Positions 38,001-53,000 of a stretch of DNA of 64,000 bases are shown in pieces (position 1 is the first letter of the stretch; every line of letters starts with the position of its first letter). Source of the DNA: Lytechinus pictus (Eukaryota); contig NC_087247.1 in assembly GCF_037042905.1 (NCBI RefSeq), positions 60,760,001-60,824,000 of the forward strand, written 5' to 3'. Made by a program: the position numbers and the translations under genes. The notes under the pieces are model-generated. The model had not been told where the DNA came from, did not search any database, and saw only the letters and a list, made by a program, of their open reading frames with translations.

Positions 38001-41000
38001 ATGGGCGTGCGTAGTGTACATACGCGCAAAAAGTGCATTGCCCTCTATTGTTTTGACGGTACAATTCCATTGTGAGGTCACAATAAATCTTGCTGGAGCA
38101 TGATCTTTGATGCTGATGCACAGTTTACATACGCGCTAGCATTAAGGACGTTCCACAGTTATGTTTGTGCACATTATGATCTGCGCATAATTTACACTCT
38201 GCGCGCTGACGTCACAATGGATGAACAGGTGATTAATTAGCTGCGGGTATGAGCTGATTTTTCTCATCTTCTGCACTTTAACTGCAGATCCGATGCGTTA
38301 TTTCATGAATATAAAAAATGGAATTATCCCATGGACCAGTCAAAAAAATATTCTCTACAATTTCAAAATACTTTACTCTGCAGTGCTGCCAAGAATCACG
38401 AATATTAGCCCGAGTTTGAATAAATGGTAGAGTGGTTTTGATTTTTTCTTCACATAGATACTAAGCATTCGGCGCATTTTTGGTGTTTTAAAAAGCACAT
38501 TTGCTCTAATAAAAATGGTGATAGTTTAAAAACAAGCACATGAACCCCTATTTTTTAATGTTTGTACCTCTTAGGTATACCTTCCTCTACAACTCTGCAA
38601 ATGTTTGTGAAAATGACATGGATTTTGAATAAAGTGCAGCATTTATTGTACGTTTGTAGTTTGTTATTGAAATTTTACATTTTTTAGATTGGGATTTGTT
38701 ATCTTTTACGCCATTTTTAAGAACTGACAGTGCTGTTAAACTTAAAATTGCAAACAAATAGCACTATAAATATATTCTCCATTCTAACGATACAATTATT
38801 AACTCTCTTTCGAAATTTGATGACTTTTTCATGTATTTTGACTGAGTAATAGAGGTTTAAACTCATTGTAGTAATCTTGGGCGGTCTAAAAATGCCAAAT
38901 TCTTTTGAATGCGCAATTCTTAAAAACATCAATTTGGGTGAACTTTGAAGCTCTATAGCAAAAAATCAAGCACATGGACCTATGTTAATTTTTGCATATT
39001 TCGAATATTAAGGTTCTAAAGTATCTATGTGCAAAGTTTGGTGAAAATGACATGGATTTCACTTTAACTGTGGAACGTCCTTAAAACAAGCATAATCATC
39101 TGTCTCAATTGATTTTTTTTTCAAAGGAAATCTTGATATAAAAAAAATCTTCCTATAGAGACATATTGATATCGGTTTCTTCGTTTATAGTGGTTCTCAG
39201 TGCAGAATATAAAGCATATAATCACCTCTTGATTTCAGGTGACAAGGCAAACTGTCGCTTCCTAGGCAAGCTGGATGTACTCGCTATCTTTCCTCAGCTT
39301 TGCTTTGGAAAGATAGCTATATCCAGCTTGCCTTTTAAGTGATAGTTTGTCCATCACCTTCACTAACAGTGATTATTTGCTTACTAGCAAGGTAAATATC
39401 TATGAGGATGCTCCATCATGATTCATATTATAACATCATTTGAGGTGGTTAGAGCTGATTGTAAAATCAAGTAAACTACCAAAGTGATTTGCTTTTTAAT
39501 CAAGTCCTTACTCCTTGAAACAAAAAATGATACAAATATGGCATCAAACAAAAGATCTAACTTGACAGCTTCTTTTAAAAATCAAATTAGGATTAAAGTA
39601 AACTTGCCTTGTACAGTAGATGATGTGAAAGAGGCATCAAATCCACCACGAGTCACTGAAAGATCTGTTATAAATCTTATGAATAGTTCATTTGAACTAG
39701 CAAAGATTGGAGAAGGAAGGATATCACCGCAGTATGTGCCTATCACAGGAGCATTAGCATCCGAGCCATTATATACCTAAAAATCATAACATCATAAACA
39801 TTACATGAGGTACTTTGTATGAAAATGATCATAATCATATCAGTGTGACTATAGTATAATGAAAGAGAATATCATAAGCAGTTTATCATTAGTTTTTTTT
39901 TTTTTTTGATTGTGAATGTGAGCACACATAAAATAATAAATGTGAAGTTTTGTGGTCTGGTGGTTCTGACTCTCACCTTTAAAAAGTAATTCCTAAAAAA
40001 GCTGTGAGCACTGGAATCAATAAGCTAGCATTTGATGCAGTTACATTTCCCCTATTTGTTTTTATGTATTTCAATGCAAACTCACTAGTACATAACTGTG
40101 ATTTCATATATTAAAACCCATGTCCCTCATATTAAAATGACCATTTCTTAAATGTCTTAAGGCAATCGTAGGAGAAATGTGAATGCTTCAATAGCCAGAA
40201 TAGTATACAAGCACCTTGAGCACTTTACAGATGGATATGTAATATAAATGCCCTATATTAAATAAATTAATAAACAAACAAATATTTTTAATTTAAATAT
40301 GAGTTTATGATTGTTCATATTTTGAGATTACCAGTAATTATAGCTGTAATGCATTCCATTGGATACAACTTCATGAACATTTTATCATGACTGCTTTAAC
40401 CACTTGCATATGAATGTAGCAAATTTGAACAAACATGTTTATATATTTGTGAGGCCCCTCCAAAGATAGGGCACCCCTACAAAATTCACTCAGCTTTACT
40501 TATTCACATATACCATCCATTCATTTTCAGTGTATTATATAACCCGCAATTAGAACACTTGCACACCCCTATTTTATAGTGGAGCAACCCAAAACCTCCA
40601 TCTCAGTTGTCAAGCATGTGGTTGGTCATCATTACCTTGTTGATGCCCATACAAACTACATGTGACTGACAATTGTTTCTCTCTTCATTATTATTTACAG
40701 GTAAGAAAAGATACATTTTTATTACCCAAAACTGTTGTAGAGATATATGCTGTTAATATGATTGTGATGATACTTTTGTTGTATATGTCTTCCTGAAAGT
40801 ATATAGACTGATTGGATAGGATGAACATTATAATTGAGAGTATACTGTTATATATCACTGACATCTCAATACAGAGATATTCACCAATAGTTAGAACCTA
40901 TATATTATTAGCTATAGTTGTTACTGAGCCTTTTGGTATAGAAATAGAAATAGGTATTGATCAGTATATTATTTTGATATTTCTTTCTAAATGTGTACTT

Positions 41001-44000
41001 GAACTGTATATAATATTAGATTCTGTACTAAGAAGTGCATAGGCATATATATACCTGTACTGCATACTCTTGTTCTTTGTTCTTCTCAAGAAAGTATCTG
41101 TTATCAACGTGTTATGTAAATAGGCTCTTCAACTTTCAGCTTGTTACCTTGACTCCTGGAACTTGTGTTTACTTTTAAGATATGTTAGGAGTTAGTGGTA
41201 GATTAGGAGTTATTAAGCCATATAGCATGCTGGAAGACAGTGGTAGTATGTTAGTGTATATTGGTTAGTGATTCCAAGAGTGAGAGAGTTAACTTAGAGA
41301 GAATTAAGGGATCACCTCAGAAATGGCAAGGGATTCTTTTTGGATGTCAGAACAAAGAAAGTTTTCGACTTGTACGTAAAAGTTCCATAAGAATCAGGGA
41401 CCATCTTAACAGTTTAGATCTGAAGCTTTAGGATGTATTCCCCTGTATCCATTGGCCATGTGTTCTCTTATCATTTAGTCTAGTAGTTCAGACTTTATTT
41501 CTTTAATGTTTGGTTATTAGAATTAGAGATTATTAATAAGAATTAGGAGATATTCTAACATGTAATTTAGACTGAATGTTAGACGTTTAGTTGTATTGAT
41601 TAGTAGTTACATTCGTTTATTATCTAAGTATGTTAAAGAACAAGTAAATATAATCATAAGTTGAGAAATTAGTTTGATAGATAATGTATTTCCTTGATAT
41701 TGATTGTTATTTGACATGGTTCTTGTGACATTCTTTTTAATAAACGTATGATCATTACCTTGTTGATGCCCATACAAACTACATGTGACTGACAATTGTT
41801 TCTCTCTTCATTATTATTTACAGTATTACAGTTTAACGCCCATCCCACCCAGGGAGGGGTAACATATTGATAAAATTGTAATAATAAAATTTATCCATTA
41901 CCTAGAACTAAATAAGATTGAAAATAACTGAAAGTGTATATTACTAACATCTGTAAAATAATAACCAGTATGGAATGTGACATACAGAGCAGGATTCATA
42001 GCAAATATCTGAAAAGAACAATTTCATGTGAAAAGATTCAGTGTTCAAGGCATAAACTGATATACCTATCATGTGCCCCTTCATTTTTTCCATCCATAAA
42101 TCTACTTACCGTCACACTATCATAGGCACAGCTTGAATGAGCCTCTACATCGAAATGATTGAAGTAAAGAGATAGGAAAGTTCCTACAGGACTGGTAACC
42201 TGCATGCTACAGTTATGATAGTTACTATACACCCTTGGGTAGCCTGGTGTCATAATCGTGCCATGGGTTTGGTTGTAATTCCGGTTGCAATCTAAGAAGA
42301 AAGGTCATCAAATAGTAATCATAACACTACTTTTACAAACTGAATGTACAGCATAGAGAAAAACAGAAAAAAAGACAATTGTTACAAAATTAAATATTCC
42401 CTCAATTTGAGCTGTAAATTTCACTAACCAGAAAGAACTACATTAAAATAAATCATCTTAAATAAAGGCCTACAATGGCAACAGAAGTTTATAAAAATTA
42501 ACTGACAAAAAACCAGCCCACCATAAATTAGCAACAACTATGTAATCCAAAAAAGTAAAGAATTGAGGTTCTTGAAATAGAATAACTATACAAATAAAGT
42601 AGTAGATACTTGGGTATTGTACTTGTAATAAACTGGAATTGAAAGAATATAGGAAGATATATGGAATGAAGCATGAATCATTCCTTTAATATCTGTGTCA
42701 TAAAGTGATTATTCACCCCACAAAGACTAGTGAACATGCTAAAGGATACATAGGTTCAATAGTACCACTGAGTATCAATGTTTTTTACTTTTTGCTCTGG
42801 TATATACCTGCTATGGAGTAATCCAAAGAGAATCCTTTAGCTGTTGTAGTAGCAGAAGAATCAGAGTAGAAGTAAACCTTGACAGTTTGTCCACTGGAAT
42901 CAAAGATGGGTGGCAGGCTTGACCCACAGTACCTCAAAACTCTACCTTCTAATCCCTGCAAGGAGAAATTATCAGTAATTTTAAAACAAAAGGATTTTAT
43001 ATACCAGATGTATGTACTGTAATTGAGGTAATCCCAAAATAAAACCTATAATCCCACTAGAAATGATTACAAACTTTCACAAGAAGCCACATTATTCAAA
43101 CATATTAACACCTTAAAATGGAATAGTATCTGAATAAAAACTATAATAAAGTATCAAGAAAATATCGACATTAAATCAAATATATAACAGTCACAAGTCA
43201 ACAGAATTAACAAGTTTGAAAATCTTGAAAAAGCATGTCTCATGAATGACCCAGTTTGAGAGAATCATGTTACACAGATTGAAATCCAAAATAAAAAATA
43301 TCTAAATTCAAATCTTTGGGGCAATGGAAGAGTTTCCTAATCAATTATGAATCAATGTTGGCTTCCCAAACTTGCTAATATGCAATTGAATTATAGTTTG
43401 TTTCTTGTAACAGAAAGCGAACTTTCATAGCTATTCAATACATGACTTGCTATTTTTATTGTTTATCTATAAATTACAGATGAACAATTGAAATATAAAA
43501 TCAACTACAAATAAGTAACACCACCTTCATCCTTATGATACACTCACTGAAGAAAACTTACCACAGGCTGATCTCTGAACTCAACATAATCATTGGTGCA
43601 ATCATCTTCAACTTCAACATTGAAATCGGTGGTTTCCAAACGAACTCTATTAGTGGCATTAGTAGCATCAATGACCCAACTACATCGCTGATTTACTGGA
43701 TAGTTATTTGGATAGTTTGGTGTTGTTATCGTCTGTACTAATGTTGTTGCATAGAAGACTCCGCCACATGGTACTGTATATGTAAATTATCAAATCAATC
43801 AATGTTATATTCAATCATCAACAATATTCACTGTAAAAGAGTTACTTACAGTGCTCAATCAATCATTCAAGTCTATTTCTGAGACATCATTGACATACAC
43901 AGTAAAAAGTATGATCAATAATTCCCCCAGTTCTGTTATGCTAGCAGCAAAGCTTATTCTAAAACAAAGTGGACTATGCAGGTCCCACAAACTATTGCAA

Positions 44001-47000
44001 TCATTATAATTTACACCATTTCTCTCCCTAAAAGTAATCTTACTTCAAATCCTGTCCAAATGCAGATTTATGCAAGTGGTACAAACCCATCATTAATAGA
44101 AAGAAAGTCTTCTTCAAAAATATTATATCATTACACATGAACTTTAATCCCTCACTTTGTAAATAGACTATATGATGACACGTTCACTCATTATCATATT
44201 ACATTGACAGTATGAGATTCATCAATGTAAAACAATTCACTAAAAGACTTACTCTAGAATTGCCAGGTATGGAAGGGAAATACAAGATGCAGGATACTTA
44301 CAAGGAACAGATGAATACTGGAGGGTGAATCCTGAGCTAGTTACAGCATCATTGGTATGGAAAACAACATAGGCTTGGTTCCCTGATAACGTTACATCAT
44401 CTGGGACAGAACTACCACAGAAACGACCAACAAGAGGAGATTCTGAACCCACTCCATCATGGATCTATATGGTGATTATCAAGAAAGACAAAGAACAAAG
44501 AGAGAAGAGAGAGAGAGAGTAAGAGGGAGGAAGAGATATGAAGAGAGAGAGAGAGAGAGGGGGGAGACATATGCAGAGACGGCGAGGGGAGAGAAAGAGG
44601 GAGGAATGCTAAACATTCATATTTTTTGATAAATAAATATAGTCACAACAACATCATGATCATAGTTATCAGAACTCTTATCAATGAACATGTACAATAA
44701 AAATAAACAAATAAAAACAAACACATATATACCAACATTTATCAATGAAATAATAAGAGAATAGAAGAGTACTTAATGACAATGAATAGTTTTCCTTTAG
44801 TAGAAATGAAAATGGTACATACCTCTATATAGTCATTGGTACAGTCTGTTGAATCCTGGATATTAAATGAACCAGTGAAGGTGATACGAACAGCCATGTT
44901 GATATCAGGTAAAATAACCTGTGTCTTACAGTCTACAGAGTTCTCATATTGTCCATTATTATCTACATCAAAGTCTGTGATGGTACCTGATGCTGTAGTC
45001 ATTGATCCTCCACATCCCTGACTTGGACCTGAATACAAAGTAGGTTTCAAGTATCCAATCTTTCACAATTATGTTTTTCATAAATTCATTGTTATAAGTT
45101 AATCAAAAGAGATCAAATACCATGACCTTTAGATGTCCTTTGACTGGTCTTAAAGACCCTCTCATGTGTCAAGGAAATATAAACATTCAACCATCCGTCA
45201 AGATATGAGCATACAACCCTGATGAATTAACTCAGTTATCAATTATTGTACTACACCTACTTAGCTTGTTGTACGCGAGCAAATGAGAGGCTGAATCTCA
45301 AACATTTGTACCGTTGCATTCGTACCATCAACAATGTACCGTTGTATGGGTCAGGAAAAAATGACGTCACTATAAAAATATGACTCAATGCAATGCGCTT
45401 AGGTGCAATACGCGTAGGGCTGGGATTACTGGCGCATTGCTGCTGCAGATCAGATGCGCGTTTTAAAGGATTTTCCTTTCGCTTAAAATTTTTTTTTTTT
45501 CTCATTTTCATAGACTTACGTAGGAAAAAAATTATTATTGTTTGTATTTTCGCTAACTTCCGAGGCATTGTACATCACAAATAGCGAATATTCTTATTTG
45601 TGCAATGGTGCGAAATTTTGCTTTCGGTGAAAGAAATAAACACTCTATTCCGAGCATCTTTTTTTCACCTTATGCAAAATCTTGCACCATCGCACTCATG
45701 CCTATTCACCCTTTTTTTTTTACAAATTCAAATTTTCATAAATTTGTTTCATTTTGGCAGATTTTCACTTAAATTCCACTGAAAGTTTTCCTAATATTTA
45801 TGACACAAATTTAAAACCTTATGAAAATTTGAATTTGCAAAAAAAAAAAAATAGTGAATAGGCATGAGTGCGATGGTGCAAGATTTGAAAACTGATAAAT
45901 CCTCCATAACTTTGAAATAGAGCTAACTTACCATAGGTTGCTAGATATGCTCCTGAGAATCCAGCCTGAGTAACGCTTTGGTCAGTAATCATATTGATTA
46001 GCATAGTATTACTGGTACTGTAAAAGAATCCTTGTGGAACGGTTGCACCACATAGAGGTTGAGTAAGGGGTGTACTGAAATCATCACCATCAAACAGCTG
46101 CACATAGTCATACACACATGAACTGTGGTATTCTAAGTCAAAAGTGTTAAATCTAACGTACAAAACAAGAGAAGAATGGATTACAACAATAAGAATAAGC
46201 TTTGTAGCTCTTTTTCTCAATTGATCATATTTTGTTACTTGTACTAATGGTAAGAGGTCCAGTTCTTAGACAGAAAAACGTTTCACGAAAACAATGTCAG
46301 GACACTTTCAAGAATATTATTTCATTAGAAGTTTAACAAAATGTATTCTGACTGCTGGCAAAAAAAAAGACTTGAACATCATGATAGTTGTACAAATAAT
46401 TGTAATGTTAAAATCAGAAATAATGGTTACTTACTTGAATTCAACATTCTTTGATGAATCTACTGTGATGAGCCAAGTACAGTTTTGATCATTCTTGTAT
46501 GATAATAGATGAGGTGGGGTTGATATAAGACCAGAATCAGCTGTAAACTCTCCACCACAACCTGTAAATATCAACAAACATCCATCATACTACCATGCTG
46601 CAGTAAGTTATGAACATTCACTGGAGCTCCCACACCCCCAATGAGCAACTCTACGATGATCTTCCCAGGGTAGCGGACAAGACTGCTGCCCGGAGGCTCC
46701 GTCTTACCGGCCACTGTTTCCGATATCCGGAGCTGAGCACACAGAAGCTCCTACTTTGGGAACTTTCCCATGGAAAAAGAGGTAGAGGAAGGCCACAGAC
46801 GACCTACGTGGAAGTGCTCAAGAGGGACATGGGAGTGACAAGCACCAGCGAGCTGGCGACCTTCATGGGCGACAAGGATGTGTGGAGGACCCTTGTGAGT
46901 TCCCGGCTAAAGCCGCCTCATTAAGCAATAAGCAATGCTCATACAAACAAAATACACTTAAAAAATTAGAAAAATAGAGAATGAGATAAATTAATTTTTA

Positions 47001-50000
47001 TGTGCTAATGGGAGTACATATTTTACAAATCAAATCTTAAGAATTAATTTCTGAATGCATGCAATATTGTTAAGTGGTTAAAGTTAAAAAATGAACAAAA
47101 ATAATCTTATTCCACACACTGTAAACTGATCCTAAACTGCATATCTTGATTTGTTTTGAAAAAAAATCTACAGAATAGATAGATGATTAGCAATGTTTTG
47201 TCCCATTGTCTTTACCAATGGTATATGAAGTAATGATAAAATATATTATGAAAAGTCAAGAATGAACAAGTCTATAGATATTTATATCATTATGGCAGGT
47301 AAAAACAATAAAAAAAGGAAATATAAAGTGAAAACTGAGGAGGGTGTCTACCTTGTTCAAAGTTGAGTTTGAATCCACTTCCAGTAACACTGCTATCAGT
47401 ATAGAAGTTGATGAAGACTGGTCCTGTCACTTCAAAGTCTGATGGTTTAGACGTTCCACAATAGGTACCTAATAGGGTGCCTTGGTCATCACTACCAGAA
47501 TACACACGTAATCCATCATATGCACATGTACCATGACCTAAAACAATCACATACACCAACATTCATTATCAAAAGTGATGAAATATCATTGAATTCATAA
47601 AGAATAGTCATATTATTTTCACAATTCAAAATTCACCCCCCCAAAAAAAACAAAAAAAAAAAAAAGATGGGTTCTTGCCTGCATTTTGTCATCACTCTAA
47701 TATGCATACATGAACCAGGTTAAAGCTGATCCCTCAAATAATTATTAATTTCTCTCAAAAGCAAGGCAATTTAATGCATATAATGACCTCTGTGACCTGA
47801 GACCTCATGACCCCCAAAACTAATCAGATCATTGTCACTCCTGTAAAGAGAGACCAAGCCATAAATGGAATAGAGTGAACATTTATTTCTAATATCATTG
47901 AATAGGTATCAACATGCTCAATATAAAACACATGAAATTGCATGGTCTCAAAATAAATCTATTAAAATTAGTCTACAAAAAAGAAAATCCCAAGCATTCA
48001 AGCAAGCAAACTTGTCACAACATTGTGTAATAAGAGTCTTCAATTAGATAAGAATAATCATATTTAAAAAAAAATTAAAACTTAATTACAATACTTACTC
48101 TCAATATCAAATTGTTCATCAAAATTCATGACAAGAGGTATAGTTGCATCAACAATGATCTTGTAGTCACAGTTCAAACTATTTGAATAATCTGTGTCAG
48201 GATAGCCTGGTGATCGTATGATACCTTCACCAACATCAGTGAATTCTACTCCACAATCTGTAAAATATTAATAAATATATACTTATGGTCCTGACCATTT
48301 AAAATCATAAATTGTTCACATCTACATTCTTCTCTGTTGATAAGTACAAGAGAAAACAAGTTTCAGTGCAGTAAAATTATTCAAAGACAGGTACTTAAAC
48401 TTTCTTTCCCCCAATCATTTTGGATATACATGTATCTCTTGTTCTTTATCACAATGAACAATATTCATAACCTAACATTCTCAAATTCATAACACACACA
48501 AAAAAAAATGAAGATGAGTTAGTTTACGATATATGTCATGTATCAACAGGAATTAATTTCTATTCTTAATATCCACAAAATTTATCAACATTTAAAAGGT
48601 TATAATGGAACTGGGCAGAGCCTGTATTAAACTGATGTAAATGATATAATTAAGTATTCACTGAATGCATACCACTAGTCCATGTAGCCATGAAGCCTAC
48701 ACCTTGAGTAGTGGCATCACTACGGAACTTGACTGTCATCATCTTATTAGTGGAGGATATTTGAGTTGTAGGAGTTGAAGAACTAAACAGCCCTAATGAT
48801 GGGGCCTGGTCATCAAATCCATCAAAGAACTGTTCAGAGAAACAAAACAAAGTCATGGAAACAAATTATATGAGATAGATATCTAATATCTTGAACACAC
48901 TATCGTTCGAGTTAAAAAAGAAGATCAATCAAACACTGAACAGCTAATTATTTACCTGCAATTAAAGAGTAAATCGATAACATAAATATTTCAAGTTAAA
49001 ACTACAACAGTGGCTACATTCAAATGTTTACCGAGTGGAAAGGACAATTAAATAGAGATGGCCTGCATGGAACTTTATGGCTACAGCTCAGTCAGGGGAT
49101 GGGGGGGGGGGGTAGATATAAAGAAAGCATTAGAGTTATACTCATGTAGTTCCATCCACAATTCACACCATATTTCCTCTTCAAATCTCAATTTTCTTTC
49201 CTCTCACCTCAATAGTATCACCAGTGCCAAGTCCATAGGTTGAATCAAAGTTAAGATTAATATGCAAAGAATCCTCGGTTAAGATACTCCAAACACATTC
49301 TGCATTAGCATCATAATTTCTTGGGTAGTTTGGTGTTTGGATGGTCCCAGTGGATCCATGGAAATTACCTCCACATCCTGTAGGATAAGATCATACACTA
49401 GTATTTATATTTAAAAAATGTGTATTCCAATTACCATCATGATATATTACTCTATTGACCTTGTTAAAACATATCATCAAAAACAATCTGGTGACTCCCT
49501 TATGAAATTACACTCCAGAGTTTTTTTTTTTTGCAGGATTTTCTGCATTTATTGGAATATATATAAACAAATTTACAATGCTTGAGACATAATCATAATA
49601 TAGCATAAAGTACATAACCAAGTGACAATCTTATATGTAGTGACTGGAGAAAGACATAAATACAATATATAAAAAATATATATAATAAGTAAAATGCAGA
49701 GGCAAACTATATAAGCAAATATATGCTTGAAGCATAGCAGCCAAAGTCTCATGAATGAAAGTTTTTTTTTAATGTTAACTTTGTAATGAAAGGCAAACTC
49801 AACCACAAAAAAAAAAATATTTCATCAAAGCATGATGTGAAAAAAAGGAAACATGAAATTTAAAATTTTTGCTCATTTCAATGAAACAGTGATATAAGAA
49901 TCATTAGCAGTATGAAAATGTGTGAAGTGTTGAAGTCATTCTTTTGTATTTTTTCTTCAATGATGTAAATATTGATTTAATTCTAATGGGACACATTTAT

Positions 50001-53000
50001 TCAAAATCTTTTACAATTAAACATAGAATTGAAAAAATGGTGACATCATCAGTTCCTCTTTTGCATATCATCCAATATGCACATATAACTGTTTCATGAA
50101 ATTAAGCAAAACTTATATGCTACAACTTCCTATTTCACATCAATCTTTGATGAAATTGTCAGTGCGAGGTTGGTTTTAATTTTCTCTATTTATCAAAATC
50201 AACTTATGGTAAAGGGTGGATTTGGCCTTTAAGGTGGATAATTTTGATATTAAGCATTACCATGATAGGTACAATAAAGTGCAACTTTACCATACTAGTA
50301 ATTTTTTTTCATGTAACAGAGACCAGATCCTCTAGAATTAGAATCAATCTAATAATTGATTGTAACATACATGTAGGCTTACAGAGATTTACTTGAATAG
50401 AATTAAATGACAAACATTTGTAAATTTCTTTCAGTCTTTTTGTTTAATCACAAATAAATATTTCTTTAATACACATCTCTTGATATTTAACTGACCATTA
50501 GTAACGGTTGTCCACTCCATTCGGAATCCTTCACCCGATGAGACTTCATCGGTTTTAAAGATGATGAAGAGCTGGTTACCAGATGATGTGAAGCTACTTG
50601 GAGCTACACTGCCACAGATTGGGTATTGACCAGAGATTTGAGGTGAATCGGGGAATCCCCCATTCCTTATAGACAGGTAGTCATATCCACAGTTAGGATG
50701 AGTCTCAATATCAAATGAAGTGAAGGTGTACTACGAGAGAATCAGAAATAAAAACAAAGACATGTGGAAATGATGTTAATTCTGCTGCCGTATTCTACTA
50801 CACTTCTAACACTAGATGATCACGATCTGCCATTTTGTTTTGTTGGATTACTAATCATGCTGCACAGGGTAGAGAATCCATGGATAGAACATGATCACTT
50901 GCTTCACTGGATCCACTGTTGAAGTAAGAAATTTCTTGAGATTAACATAGAATATCTGCAAGTCCAACTTATCTGCATCAACTAATAACAATTATGTGAC
51001 AAATCTCATGATAAAAATGAATAAAGAGATGAGTGACTTACAGTAATGGTTTCACCAACAGGAGCATCTATCCTCCAAGCACAATAGTCATCATGGTTAT
51101 AATCATTCGGGAAGTTAGGACTGGTAATAACACCAGATGTACCAGATACAATACCACCACAACCTGAAATCAGACAAAAATAATCAGCATTTTTATTATG
51201 TTGAAGAGGTGCATATAACTGTAAATATCAAAACAACGATCTATGTCACATACATTATGTTTCCATAGGCAAGGTTGAAATCCTTTTCAACATTTTTCTT
51301 TTAATGAATGATTGTCAACATGAACAGTATGTATTTTAAGATATGACAAGATAATTTGCCAGACCTCTTATTTGCCCTTCCCCCAAAATCTAAATCTAAA
51401 ATCTTAAATGTCAAGGAAATTATATTGGAGGATCAGAATGAGCAGAAATGGGCACACCTATATTTCTTTGGCCCATCTTTTTTTTTTTTGGAGGGGGAGG
51501 GTTGACATCATACATCTTGGTCACACTGCCAATGCGAGGATCTCCCTAGTATCAGTATTCTTGGCATTTACATGCTAAACACTTTCTTATTTGTACAATT
51601 TTTCTAAATCTTTCACTAATCGTACAGGATTTCAGTCTCCTTGGACTAAAAGAAAATTTGGTCACATGAAATCATTTCATGTTTTTGATTTTTTTATTAC
51701 AGGTTTTAATAAGTAATCTCCTCCAGATACTGCGGGATGATTTAACAGAGAGTATTAAGGGTTACCAACCTGATGCTTGATAGAGCATTCTAAATCCTTC
51801 ACCCACCACACTTCCATCAGTTCTAAATCTCAAGAAAGTTGTTTGAAATGGGATAAAGTATGGATTGGGAGCTGTTCTACCACAGAACCTTTCCAACTCT
51901 ACACCACTGCCATCAGGTCCTATAATCAAAGTATTTAAACACCATTATTAATGCTTTCCAACATTACAAAAATTCAAAACTCATTCATTTCTTTCTAAAA
52001 TAAAATGACACATTTTAACCCTAAAAGGACTGGGCTATTTTAGACGTACCAAGGACTGGTCTTGGATGCTGTTCATGAGATCACACCAAAATTTGGTAAG
52101 CACATTCTTTAACACGTAAACTACAAGCCAGTATAAAATAGAACTATTGAAATAATTATCTTTAATTATCAAATATAAAATATGTAAATTTATTCATGAA
52201 AAACATTATTTGCATATTCAACCCCCACTTTCACTTCAGATTTTCATTTTGTTTTCAGATGTCATCTTTGAAATCTTATTTAAAGGTTTTCACACAAAAA
52301 AAATTGCGAAAGCAAAACTTTTACCTATGTGTTTCTTTGTTTTTCTTGTGTCATTCGTTGTTTTTTTCATCTTTTTTTTTTTTTTTTCATGGGACCATTT
52401 AACAACTAAATTAAATCAATTAATTGAGCAGGCCAATAAAAATGAAATATAGTAACCATTCTAAGAATTTCATCTCCCATAGACGTATACAAAATATAAA
52501 AAATGAGTCATTTTAAAAATGAAATTGTCTCATAAAAAGTTATGTGGCATCGCAATGCTATACTCGTATGTTGCCCCATTTGGTCTCAGAAGTTGCACGA
52601 AACTTCAAAGAAAAAAGTCATAAAATAAGCTCTGGTGCTATCTTTCTGCATTTTGGAAATATTGCATGACACATTAAGAGGGGGGAGGGGGATGTCTCCC
52701 AACAGTCCTATTAGGGTTAATATCCCACTATTTTAGAGACAAGATTAATACACCAATGTATGTCTCAAGTGTTTTTCTTCATCTTCATTGTCTCAATCAA
52801 CATTATCATTGTTATCATCATCATCATCATCATAATCATCACCATCATCAACACCATCATCCTTTTGAAAAAGAACTCCCTTTCAAGTGAACTACTGATA
52901 TCAATATTGCAAAAACACCCCTCCAGGTTAATCACATACATTGATCGATAGAATAAGAAAATGTAAACTGGAAGACAGTAATACCTTCAAAAAGCTGAAG

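Noticed and set aside
39484-39780. Plus-strand ORFs overlapping cubilin exons (also 43535, 44836, 53856, 62241)
   Set aside because: Antisense shadows of the coding exons.
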